Shown in pieces: positions 10,475 through 19,252 of a stretch of DNA of 64,000 nt. This DNA comes from Patescibacteria group bacterium. Lineage in GTDB: Bacteria > Patescibacteriota > Minisyncoccia > Phycocordibacterales > Phycocordibacteraceae. The stretch is taken from the NCBI GenBank assembly GCA_029260935.1, contig JAJDCJ010000012.1, positions 33,315 to 97,314 of the forward strand, given 5' to 3'. The notes under the pieces were generated by a model that saw nothing but the letters and a program-made list of their open reading frames with translations, ran no database searches and was not told the DNA's origin. The translations under genes were made by a program, and so were the position numbers. Position 1 is the stretch's first letter. Every line of letters begins with the position of its first letter.

Positions 10475-10858
10475 TTATGTGGGGTTGTTTTCTAATTTTT
10501 CCAGAAGTATTTTTTTTAATCCTTCCATATCGCTTACTCCCTCAATCTCTTCCGCATTCACCAAAATGTTTAACCCGTCTTCAGATTCGGTCAAAATAAC
10601 CGGCAGAGCAGTGTCCGTATGGTGTGGATATTTTTTATGAAACTCATCTCGGTGGAGAAATGTCTTTTCATTCGGCAGTGAATCAAGAAAGTCCCGCCAC
10701 GGCGACTTCATAGCCACCGCACCATACGTCACCATACAGAGGTTGCAGGCATACTTGCTCGGTGTCACGATACGCGTAATAAAATCTTCTGCCGCAGCTT
10801 TCAGCGTTGCATCGGAATTATAAACAAAAATTATCTGAGGATTTTCTTTGTCACTCAT
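10475..10858 (-). CDS. conserved hypothetical protein (CxxC, thioredoxin-like)
   Basis: IFVYNSD, CNLCMVTYG and FLHRDEF segments. Confidence 0.65.
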   Translation of the reverse strand: MSDKENPQIIFVYNSDATLKAAAEDFITRIVTPSKYACNLCMVTYGAVAMKSPWRDFLDSLPNEKTFLHRDEFHKKYPHHTDTALPVILTESEDGLNILVNAEEIEGVSDMEGLKKILLEKLENNPT

Positions 10859-11484
10859 CCGATAAGCATATCAGACTTTATATTCGGGATATCAAAAAAA
10901 TGTAATAATTCCTCAGGTGTATCAACTACTGCAACCGGGTTTCCTTGCTCTAAACGGGCGCGAGAGTGAAAGCCCCACGTTACAGCAACACTTTGTATAC
11001 CGGCACTATGCGCTTCGTGTATATCCCCAAGTGTATCCGTAATAAACCAGTAGTTTTCTTTTGGTAGCGCATACAGGGTAATCAATTCTTCTAGTTTTTC
11101 AATCTTACTGGTGCTTTTTTCCATCCCCCATACATGTTTGAAAAGTGAATGTATATTATTTTGCCGTAGGTACCCACAGAGCGCATCATCAAGACTAGAC
11201 GAAACAATAGAAAATGCAGAGTTTTTATGTAGTGTAGTAAGTGCTCGTTTCAAGGGTTTGCCGATAGACATTCTCTGTAGCCCTTCTGTATATTTTTTAT
11301 AAAAAATATACTTATCTACTGTGCTGATTTCCTTGGTGTGTATGGCGTTGTGAACATTACCATCAAACCAGCTACGATATTCTTCGCGAGTAAGCGTAGG
11401 TAACGGGTCCTTAAAAAGGTTAAAGGTTAACTCAAACGTGTCTTCAATAACCCCGTCAAAATCAAAAATAAGAAGCTTCTTCAT
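10855..11484 (-). CDS. HAD family hydrolase
   Basis: IFDFDGVIED, TDTLGDI and AVTWGF motifs. Confidence 0.85.
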   Translation of the reverse strand: MKKLLIFDFDGVIEDTFELTFNLFKDPLPTLTREEYRSWFDGNVHNAIHTKEISTVDKYIFYKKYTEGLQRMSIGKPLKRALTTLHKNSAFSIVSSSLDDALCGYLRQNNIHSLFKHVWGMEKSTSKIEKLEELITLYALPKENYWFITDTLGDIHEAHSAGIQSVAVTWGFHSRARLEQGNPVAVVDTPEELLHFFDIPNIKSDMLIG

Positions 11485-11521
11485 AGTACAGTTTTGTTCA
11501 CGCTCTGAAATTATATATGCT

Positions 11522-11983
11522 TTATGAACGGCTCCTGCCGGTGGTGTGGCAGGCATGCAGGCGGTGCATATACCTGTTCACCACGAACACCGAAAGTGGG
11601 AGCAGGAGCGCCATTTGAAGCACGGGAGAGAGCCCGACATTCAGCCCCGGAATAATAGGCATGGTGTTCAGGTAAAACCAACGATCAAAAACAAAAGCTT
11701 TGTATTCCACAAACACGGCAATGAAGATACCTAAAATAAAGAGCCCTGCATAGTCGGTAATGCGAACGCTTTGAAACCACACCAAGCTCTTTTTAAACAA
11801 GGCAACAAGGAGCACCGCGCCGAACGTGTAGCGCACATCACCAAGGGTGGCCCATAGGGTAATAGGAACGCTCCCTGAAAGTCCCTCATATCCTCCGTAT
11901 AAAGAGAGGTGTGAAGATTCCCACACAAAGTGAAACACAAAAGAAACCACGGCAAGCAGACCATAAATATAGAGTGTTTTCAT
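11522..11983 (-). CDS. hypothetical membrane protein
   Basis: 153 aa, 4 TM segments, VGLSPVLQM. Confidence 0.7.
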   Translation of the reverse strand: MKTLYIYGLLAVVSFVFHFVWESSHLSLYGGYEGLSGSVPITLWATLGDVRYTFGAVLLVALFKKSLVWFQSVRITDYAGLFILGIFIAVFVEYKAFVFDRWFYLNTMPIIPGLNVGLSPVLQMALLLPLSVFVVNRYMHRLHACHTTGRSRS

Positions 11984-12017
11984 GCACCTTCATAATACCT
12001 GAATTACTACAAAAAGC

Positions 12018-12269
12018 TCACAGTGATATTATTTTGAGTAAGTCTAACTTTTTATTACGAGACAACTTCTTGATTTGAGCTTCGCGTTTTTGTGCGGTGC
12101 CACGGCTAGGATGTTTCTCACTGTATACAATTTTCCGAGCGCCGTGTGAGCGAGTATAGTGCCCACCGTCGCCCTGTATATGTTCTTGTAAGCGTCGTGC
12201 TACGTCTGTAGTAATCCCCGTATAAAAAGAGTCGTCAGCGCATTCCAGTATATAGACGTAATAGTGCAT
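12018..12269 (-). CDS. GIY-YIG nuclease family protein (UPF0213)
   Basis: YVYILECADDSFYTGIT, RLQEH and KREAQIK motifs. Confidence 0.9.
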   Translation of the reverse strand: MHYYVYILECADDSFYTGITTDVARRLQEHIQGDGGHYTRSHGARKIVYSEKHPSRGTAQKREAQIKKLSRNKKLDLLKIISL

Positions 12270-12284
12270 TTCTTTAACTTTACA

Positions 12285-12827
12285 CTATCGCATCAAAGTA
12301 GACTTAAAAAGTTTTTCTTGTGTTGCTTTCTTTAAAACATCATCAAGTGAATGCCGAAACCAATATGTATAGTGCTCTTTGTGATTGTGTATATCTTCTT
12401 GTAGTGCTTTGAGTTCAATCCATTTCCAATCATCCGCCTCTTCAGGGTGTAGCACTGGAGGTTGGTCGGATATTCCAACAAGGACGTGGTCATATTCGTG
12501 TTCAATAAGACCATTAGGAAATTCTGTCTTATACACAAATGAATGCACCTCAGTAAGGTCGCAATCAAAGCCCATTTCCTCTTGAAGTCTGCGGTGGGCG
12601 GCATCTAAAGTACGTTCATTGGGCCGTGGGTGACTACAGCATGTATTTGTCCATAACCCACCTGAGTGGTATTTATCTTGCGCCCTTTTCTGAAGTAGCA
12701 TTCGCCCGTCAGGATGAAAAATAAATACTGAAATTGCGCGGTGCAGTTTCCCCTGCCTGTGAGCTGCAAGTTTTTCCATCGTTCCAATGTGTTCGTCGTT
12801 TTCGTTTACAAGAATGACCTCTTCCAT
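12285..12827 (-). CDS. idi: isopentenyl-diphosphate delta-isomerase, type 1
   Basis: LHRAISVF, WTNTCCSHP and EHEYDHV motifs. Confidence 0.92.
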   Translation of the reverse strand: MEEVILVNENDEHIGTMEKLAAHRQGKLHRAISVFIFHPDGRMLLQKRAQDKYHSGGLWTNTCCSHPRPNERTLDAAHRRLQEEMGFDCDLTEVHSFVYKTEFPNGLIEHEYDHVLVGISDQPPVLHPEEADDWKWIELKALQEDIHNHKEHYTYWFRHSLDDVLKKATQEKLFKSTLMR

Positions 12828-12889
12828 GCGTGTATTGTATCAAAATAGATATATAACCGAATTAACGACTGAACTAACGACAGAGTTAT

Positions 12890-13060
12890 CTAAAGAGAAA
12901 GATTATCTTGAATAATCTGTTCATTTGGAAAACCGAGTAAATCATTTTTCCTATACCATTCTTGCCGACGCGATTTTTACGCTTCTGACTTCTTGACGTA
13001 TGTGGTTTTACCAGATCCCGGCAAGCCACAGATGAGGTACGTGGTTGATTTTTCGTGCAT
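12890..13060 (-). pseudogene. chimeric P-loop kinase remnant
   Basis: Hand translation MHEKSTTYLICGLPGSGKTTYVKKSEA*KSRRQEWYRKNDLLGFPNEQIIQDNLSL*; Walker A followed by a segment like the C-terminus of the adjacent kinase. Confidence 0.7.
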
Positions 13061-13685
13061 ATATCTATAGTCCAGTGTCTTTTTTTATTAACGCTACAGT
13101 AGCTTCAAGCGTAAAATCGTCGGTGATGATTTTCTCGCCAGGAAAGCCGATTATGTCGTTTTCTTTGTACCATCGTGCCATTTGCTCCCCTGTAAACTCA
13201 TCTCGTTTTGGTTTTGTTTGATGGCGTTTTATTGTTTCCTCAAGAGAAATATTGAAGTAGTAATAGAACGTATTATTGGGGTGTTGCTTGTTTAATTTCA
13301 GGAAAAAGTCTTTATAGACATCAAACACAAAATTTCCCTCAAGAATTACATGAAAACCTCTTTCTAAGCAAAACATCACTGTTTGATAGATAAGGTCTGC
13401 GTTGTGTGTCCGGGGACGCCCTCTGCATTCTCGCAAGACTTCTCGACGAAGATAGTCTTGTTCAATAATCGCGATGTTTTCTTCTGACTGTTCGCGCAGC
13501 TTTTTGGCAACAGTACTTTTCCCACTCCCAGAACTGCCACGCAGGATGATAAGTTTGGTATCCATTGCTTTATCATAACAAAGGTTAATGGATGCAAACA
13601 TATCTAGTACCACACTCAGCGGGTATGCAATTTCAGAATAGTCTTCGGAGGGTTTTGACGCGATTTTTACGCTTCTGACTTCTTG
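12967..13685. repeat. 29-bp perfect direct repeat (12967-12995 and 13657-13685)
   Basis: gacgcgatttttacgcttctgacttcttg occurs twice, 690 bp apart. Confidence 0.9.
13065..13565 (-). CDS. AAA_33-type P-loop nucleotide kinase
   Basis: LIILRGSSGSGKSTVA, IEQDYLRR and VILEG motifs. Confidence 0.8.
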   Translation of the reverse strand: MDTKLIILRGSSGSGKSTVAKKLREQSEENIAIIEQDYLRREVLRECRGRPRTHNADLIYQTVMFCLERGFHVILEGNFVFDVYKDFFLKLNKQHPNNTFYYYFNISLEETIKRHQTKPKRDEFTGEQMARWYKENDIIGFPGEKIITDDFTLEATVALIKKDTGL

Positions 13686-13868
13686 TGCCTAGGACGGCAC
13701 TGCGAAGCGAATTCGAGCTTTTTTAAAATCGAGCGTTTCACTTGTAAAAAACTCGAATTCGGCTGGCCGTCTCGAGCTAGAACCGCGGTCGGTTAAGCCC
13801 CACAAGGTTATTTTTAACTATTTTATTTTACCAATTCGACGGGTCTCGAGCACCTTAATCTCATATAT

Positions 13869-15176
13869 TCAAAAAGATAAAACACTCAGCATGCTCTCAA
13901 TTGATTCTCGTAAGTCGCTTTCATTAAAATCAGGTCTAGCTGTTTCATCTGCATGATGAATTTTATTTCTTATGGATACAGGAAGAGACTCAATAACAAC
14001 ATCTCCGACTTTACATGTTGAGTGAGAAATAGTCGCAGTAAACTGACTTGCTTTTCTTACGTTCGAATCTCCATCTAATTTCCTTTTTAGTTGACTGTAG
14101 CCCCCTTCTTTTACCTCCAAAGCAGCGAAAAGCTCGATATGTAATAGTTCATCGACGATATCATAAACTTTATAGTTTATTAAATTTAAACTGGGACCGC
14201 CTCCAATCATGTTTTTATAAAACCCAATCTTTTCACCTATCTGCTCCTTATTTCTGTCAATCTTGTAACACACGCTTTTCCCGTCCCTCAATCCTTGCAG
14301 GATGTACGGAGAATGAGTTGCTATCACAAATTGAATATCTAAACCCGTAAACACATCCGTTAGAAACTGAATATATTTCTTCTGCCACTTAGGATGCAAA
14401 CTTGTCTCTGGTTCATCAATTAGTATTAAAGAACCGTCTAAATTTTCTAACTCTTTTAAAAGGTGACCGACTCTATAAATTATTTGTTTCTCTCCTGTGC
14501 TAAATGTACCCAAACCAACTTCGTTACTGTTTTCGTCTGTGAAGACAATCTTCAGTTCACCATCTTGAGGCTTAACAGTTTTGAATGTTTTTGTCCCATT
14601 AAACATTTTTTCAAATGCATTTGTAAATCTTTCAATTTTACGAGTATGTTGCTCTGGAATTTTTCCATGCTCTGCAATGTAGTCATCGATAAAAGTCGCA
14701 TCCTGGGTCTTAAGATTAACTAACAGTTGAGGAATTACCTCAGATAAATCCTCAGACTCTTCTCTTGGGTTCCTTTTCTCATCTATGGTTATTGCGGTTG
14801 CAGAAGTAACTTTAGGATTTTTAAAACCAACAGCAACCCTATCGTAAATAACTTTTAAATCTTTTGGGTGATTATCACTGCTAATTCGACTGTCCTCTAC
14901 ATTGATTTTCATTTCGGTGTACTCTTCGCCATCCAGGAGAGAAAGTACGGCTTTTATTTCATTACTGTCCACGTGTATTAAGTAACCCTCTTCTGTCTTT
15001 CCCAAGCTGTTATAAATCAAATCAAGAATGGACGTCTTTCCATATCCATTCTCACCAGCCAAAAAGAAGAAAGAGGGTATATTCTTTTTATCCTCAGACT
15101 TTTCAAAAAGTGTTAAAACTGAATCCCCTTTGAACGCAGGATGTGAAGTAAATTTGATTTGTTGAAGTTTTTTCAT
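13869..15176 (-). CDS. ABC/AAA_21-type ATPase with C-terminal HEPN-like motif, putative defence protein
   Basis: GENGYGKT Walker A, FSTGEKQ signature, LIDEPETSLHP, IATHSP; RNKIHH near the C-terminus. Confidence 0.75.
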   Translation of the reverse strand: MKKLQQIKFTSHPAFKGDSVLTLFEKSEDKKNIPSFFFLAGENGYGKTSILDLIYNSLGKTEEGYLIHVDSNEIKAVLSLLDGEEYTEMKINVEDSRISSDNHPKDLKVIYDRVAVGFKNPKVTSATAITIDEKRNPREESEDLSEVIPQLLVNLKTQDATFIDDYIAEHGKIPEQHTRKIERFTNAFEKMFNGTKTFKTVKPQDGELKIVFTDENSNEVGLGTFSTGEKQIIYRVGHLLKELENLDGSLILIDEPETSLHPKWQKKYIQFLTDVFTGLDIQFVIATHSPYILQGLRDGKSVCYKIDRNKEQIGEKIGFYKNMIGGGPSLNLINYKVYDIVDELLHIELFAALEVKEGGYSQLKRKLDGDSNVRKASQFTATISHSTCKVGDVVIESLPVSIRNKIHHADETARPDFNESDLRESIESMLSVLSF

Positions 15177-15679
15177 TTTTTATCATCAGTATTCCAAAAT
15201 CTCTCAACCTCTTCCTGTTTCTTTTTCCTTTCTGAATCCAACTCATTCCTAAATGACTGCCCCAATTCATTTGCAAATCTATTTTCAATTTCTTCAACTC
15301 TTAGGTATGCTTCACGACCTTCATTTTGGTGTTCTTTACTGCTTTCGTCATCTTCACTTTCTAATGATAGATAATGTGAAGAATTTTGTCTGCTGAGATT
15401 GTACGCGTAATCTTTCCAATCTTCAGCTAAACGAACCAATTTAGATTGATCATGTTTATGTTTTTCTTTCAATCGAATGTACCAGTCTTTCATTCTTACT
15501 ACTTCTGGTTCATCTTCTTCCAACCCATAGGCAACCTTAGCTGTTGTTCTGTATGAATTAAGCATTAAGTCTGCAAATTCCTCGTATTTTTCTATCTTTT
15601 TTGCAGGTGTCGAATCAAGCACTAGTTTTGCTATGTACCAAATTGCCACGATTATTAAAATTGTATAAATAAAACTCAT
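15173..15679 (-). CDS. hypothetical protein with N-terminal TM anchor
   Basis: Stop overlaps the ATPase start (ATGA); charged helical body. Confidence 0.65.
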   Translation of the reverse strand: MSFIYTILIIVAIWYIAKLVLDSTPAKKIEKYEEFADLMLNSYRTTAKVAYGLEEDEPEVVRMKDWYIRLKEKHKHDQSKLVRLAEDWKDYAYNLSRQNSSHYLSLESEDDESSKEHQNEGREAYLRVEEIENRFANELGQSFRNELDSERKKKQEEVERFWNTDDKK

Positions 15680-15777
15680 ATCTTTTATTCTATCGCAACC
15701 ACCATATTTATATAGTAAGTTGCCTGCAACGCTCTTCGAGCGCACGAGATCGCTATATTCCTCGAGCTAGCTCGATT

Positions 15778-15926
15778 TGGCTGGGGGACAGGGACTCGAA
15801 CCCCGATTGATGGCACCAGAAACCATAGTCCTACCGACAAGCGAGTGAGGGTCACAGGAAAGTTTACTTTCATATGACCGAACGAGCGCAGTCGGAAAGC
15901 TTTGCTTACCACTGGACGATCCCCCA
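15778..15926 (-). tRNA. tRNA-Gln(CTG) with 75-nt insertion in the D-loop
   Basis: Removing 15836-15910 gives a 74-nt cloverleaf with U1-A72, anticodon arm atggt-ttCTGgt-gccat, GTTCGAGT T-loop and encoded CCA. Confidence 0.8.
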
Positions 15927-16044
15927 AGGCGTTAGCAATACCTAACACTGGGCACACAATAGCCAAAAATGGGTATACTTTCAAGAGCGACGGTGCAGTG
16001 CGCTATACTGAATACATAAAAAATCTAATCCGTAATAAGAATAT

Positions 16045-16524
16045 ATGAAAGATGTAATTGTAATTGTAATCGTCCTTTTATTAGTGGCCGCTGGATATTA
16101 TTTCTTTTTCCAAAACCCACGACCAAACACGAGCGCTACAGAGCAACAATCAACCATACCTGAAGTGAGTTCACAAACCGCTGGAAATATTGACAGTGCC
16201 GAAGGTGAAGTTATAGACGATGGAGACGGACCGGTGAAAACCTTTACCATTGAAGGTCAGAACTTTTCTTTCTCTCCTTCTGTTATGAGCGTTGATCAGG
16301 GTGATACTGTACGCGTGGTATTTAAAAACGTTGGTGGTTTCCACGACTTCACACTGGACGAGTTTGGCGCAAAAACAAAACGCATCAACACTGGGGAAGA
16401 AGCCGTGGTTGAGTTTGTTGCCGACAAAACTGGTTCTTTTGAGTATTACTGTTCAGTGGGCACCCACCGACAATTCGGCATGAAAGGCACTATTACAGTA
16501 AATGAATTACCTGAAGAAAATTAA
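16045..16524 (+). CDS. membrane-anchored cupredoxin (blue copper) domain protein
   Basis: N-terminal TM; GFHDF and YYCSVGTHRQFGMKG copper ligands. Confidence 0.85.
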   Translation: MKDVIVIVIVLLLVAAGYYFFFQNPRPNTSATEQQSTIPEVSSQTAGNIDSAEGEVIDDGDGPVKTFTIEGQNFSFSPSVMSVDQGDTVRVVFKNVGGFHDFTLDEFGAKTKRINTGEEAVVEFVADKTGSFEYYCSVGTHRQFGMKGTITVNELPEEN

Positions 16525-16541
16525 ACCTTGTCACCATAACA

Positions 16542-18272
16542 CTACGATGTTCTTTTTCTTTTTCTTTTAAGGGACGCTTCTACGAAACCCGTAAACAGTG
16601 GGTGTGGATCAAGAGGGCGTGCTAAAAATTCAGGATGAAATTGTGTTGCTATAAAAAATGGATGATCGTTTTTAGGCAACTCTGCAATTTCCATCAACAC
16701 CCCGTCAGGTGATCTCCCTGAAAACACGAGACCCGCTGATTCAAGCTGTTCTACATACTCTGGATTTACTTCATAGCGGTGTCGGTGACGTTCCTGTATC
16801 GCATGTCTTTTATAAAGCGAGTGAGTATGACTTCCCTTTTTTAGTTTTGCAGGATAACTTCCCAGACGCATAGTGCCACCATATTGAGCCCTAGCAATTT
16901 TATCTTTCTGGTCATGCATAACATCAATAACCAAATGCTTCCCTTTCGGGTTTATTTCTCGTGTGGTTGCATCTTTTATTTTCAATACATTGCGTGCATA
17001 CTCAATCACCATCAACTGCATACCATAGCAAAGCCCCAAGTAAGGGATGTTATGTGTACGTAGATATTTAATAACATTGATCTTTCCTTCAATACCTGTT
17101 GAGCCAAAACCACCGGGTACAATAATTCCATCGTATGTTGCGAGTTTTTTAAGAGTTCCGGGTTTCTCAAAATCGCGAGCACTCAAATAGACGATCTCAG
17201 GTTGAGCGCCGTGGTGGTACGCAGAAAACTTAATCGCTTCAATAACAGAAATGTATACATCCGAGAGAACAAACTCGCCTGAGTTGAAATATTTTCCAAC
17301 TACACCGATAGTCACTTTCTTTTTTGAGGTTTTCCCTCTTTTTGCAAACGCTTCAAATTGAGAAAGATCTGTTTTTTGTCCATTTTTAAGATGGAGAACA
17401 TGTGAGAGAATTGACCCAAGATTATCTCTTTCAAAGTTAGTGGGAACGTCATAGATACTATGTACATTTGGAGCAGAAATAACGTGTTCTTTTTTTACAT
17501 TACAAAATGTTGCAATCTTTTCTTTTCTTTTATCATCAAGTGGAACCGAGGATCGCGCTAAAATTATATCGGCAAACACACCGGCACTGTTGAGTGTACG
17601 TGCCGCATGCTGTGTGGGTTTTGTTTTCATCTCACCGACTGAACTTGGCACTGGAAGATAGGACACCAGTACCACGGCAACATCGTCTGGATATTTTGTT
17701 TTCATCATGCGCGCTGCTTCTAAAAAGAGAATGTTTTGATACTCACCTACCGTACCTCCAATTTCAATAATAGTAATATCAGCGTCAGCATCTTCTGACG
17801 CCTGTTCAATGTTACGAATTGCTTCAAGTGGGATGTCGGGAACCACTTCAACATTTTTTCCTTTGTACTCTAAGTTGCGCTCCTTCTGAATTACGGAAAG
17901 ATACACACTGCCGGTGGTCATATAGTTTTTTCCTGAAAGTGTCGTGTTTAAAAAACGTTCATAGTTACCCATGTCCTGGTCGGTCTCAAGTCCACTGTCA
18001 AGAACAAACACCTCCCCATGCTCGGTTGGGTTCATCGTGCCCGCGTCTACGTTAATGTACGGGTCAATTTTAATGGCAGTGACTTTAAAACCGCGTGCTT
18101 TTAAAATAAGACCAATGGATGAGGAGGCAACACCTTTTCCAACACCGCTCATAACACCACCAACGACAAAAATATATTTGTGGTTGCGTACTTTTTTTTC
18201 TGTGGTCTTCTTTTTATTTTTTTGAGGGGTCTTTTTCTCGGGTTTGTTTTTAGTACCACGAGAATTATTCAT
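16542..18272 (-). CDS. pyrG: CTP synthase
   Basis: GGVMSGVGKG, KIDPYINVDAGTM, GLCYGMQ, RHRHRYE and QFHPEF motifs. Confidence 0.97.
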   Translation of the reverse strand: MNNSRGTKNKPEKKTPQKNKKKTTEKKVRNHKYIFVVGGVMSGVGKGVASSSIGLILKARGFKVTAIKIDPYINVDAGTMNPTEHGEVFVLDSGLETDQDMGNYERFLNTTLSGKNYMTTGSVYLSVIQKERNLEYKGKNVEVVPDIPLEAIRNIEQASEDADADITIIEIGGTVGEYQNILFLEAARMMKTKYPDDVAVVLVSYLPVPSSVGEMKTKPTQHAARTLNSAGVFADIILARSSVPLDDKRKEKIATFCNVKKEHVISAPNVHSIYDVPTNFERDNLGSILSHVLHLKNGQKTDLSQFEAFAKRGKTSKKKVTIGVVGKYFNSGEFVLSDVYISVIEAIKFSAYHHGAQPEIVYLSARDFEKPGTLKKLATYDGIIVPGGFGSTGIEGKINVIKYLRTHNIPYLGLCYGMQLMVIEYARNVLKIKDATTREINPKGKHLVIDVMHDQKDKIARAQYGGTMRLGSYPAKLKKGSHTHSLYKRHAIQERHRHRYEVNPEYVEQLESAGLVFSGRSPDGVLMEIAELPKNDHPFFIATQFHPEFLARPLDPHPLFTGFVEASLKRKRKRTS

Positions 18273-18324
18273 ACTGGTCTCTATTATACCTTAAACCTCA
18301 TCATACCCAAGGGTATTGTGTTTT

Positions 18325-19245
18325 CTAAACCGATAGATATTTCCTTACCGCAAGAAAGCTAGAAACAGCACCTAATAAAGCGCCCACCACTAACAGGGTG
18401 AGAAGAAATATGAAAAATTGACTGATATAAAACTCAAAGATATCCACATTAAATGCTGCCGATGTTGCCCCCTTCAGGAAATACGTTATTGGGAAAAAGA
18501 GAGTGAGTGCTATAACACCTGAGAAAAGGCCATAGAGTGTGCCCGCAACGATAAATGGCCCGCGAATATACCCATTTGATGCACCCACTAGGCGCATTAC
18601 CTTAATCTCCTCACGAGACGTATAAATAGCTAATCTGAGTGTATTAAAGGTAATAAGTATTGAAGCGAGCGCAAAAAGAATAATAATTGCGTAGCCAAAA
18701 CGCTTAACGTATGACGTTAGCGTTTGTAGTTGATCAATGACGGTTTTGTTTTGTGTGTAATTTACCGAGTCAATAAACGAACCACCCGAGTTATCAAATT
18801 GTTTATCCTGTAGGTACTGTGCAATACCTTCGTACTGCGAAGGTTCTTTTGCTTTTATTGAAAGTGTGGCGCCAAATGGATTTTCCGCAAGCTCATCAAG
18901 TGCTTGGAGTGTAAGTTGGTCATCTTGGTGACGGATGCGAAACTGAGAAAGCACTGTCTCTCGTGAATCAAGTTCAACGTAGGAAACTTCCGGAAAACTT
19001 TTAATCTCGTTTACAAAACTTTCAATTTCACTTTCGTCAGCACTGGGAACAAAATATACATTGACGTCCACTTTGTCCTGCACATACAAAACAAAGTCAC
19101 CAACAATGCCATTTAAGAACATGAGCGATCCTATAATAGTCAGTGTCATAGTCATTACAAACACCGCAGCAAGCGACACAAAGCTGTTTCTAAAGAAACT
19201 CATGAACCCGGAACGGAATATTCGTTTAATATTTACCCAAAACAT
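18325..19245 (-). CDS. ftsX: cell division permease FtsX
   Basis: NTLRLAIYTSREEIKVMRLVGAS; downstream of ftsE. Confidence 0.9.
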   Translation of the reverse strand: MFWVNIKRIFRSGFMSFFRNSFVSLAAVFVMTMTLTIIGSLMFLNGIVGDFVLYVQDKVDVNVYFVPSADESEIESFVNEIKSFPEVSYVELDSRETVLSQFRIRHQDDQLTLQALDELAENPFGATLSIKAKEPSQYEGIAQYLQDKQFDNSGGSFIDSVNYTQNKTVIDQLQTLTSYVKRFGYAIIILFALASILITFNTLRLAIYTSREEIKVMRLVGASNGYIRGPFIVAGTLYGLFSGVIALTLFFPITYFLKGATSAAFNVDIFEFYISQFFIFLLTLLVVGALLGAVSSFLAVRKYLSV

Positions 19246-19252
19246 AGTGTCA

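Larger units (their letters stand above)
13761..15777 (-). mobile_element. putative tRNA-Gln-anchored cargo cassette with conserved ends
   Basis: Both ends align without gaps to the ends of the tRNA-Ser cassette at 42629-43446; AT-rich cargo. Confidence 0.6.
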
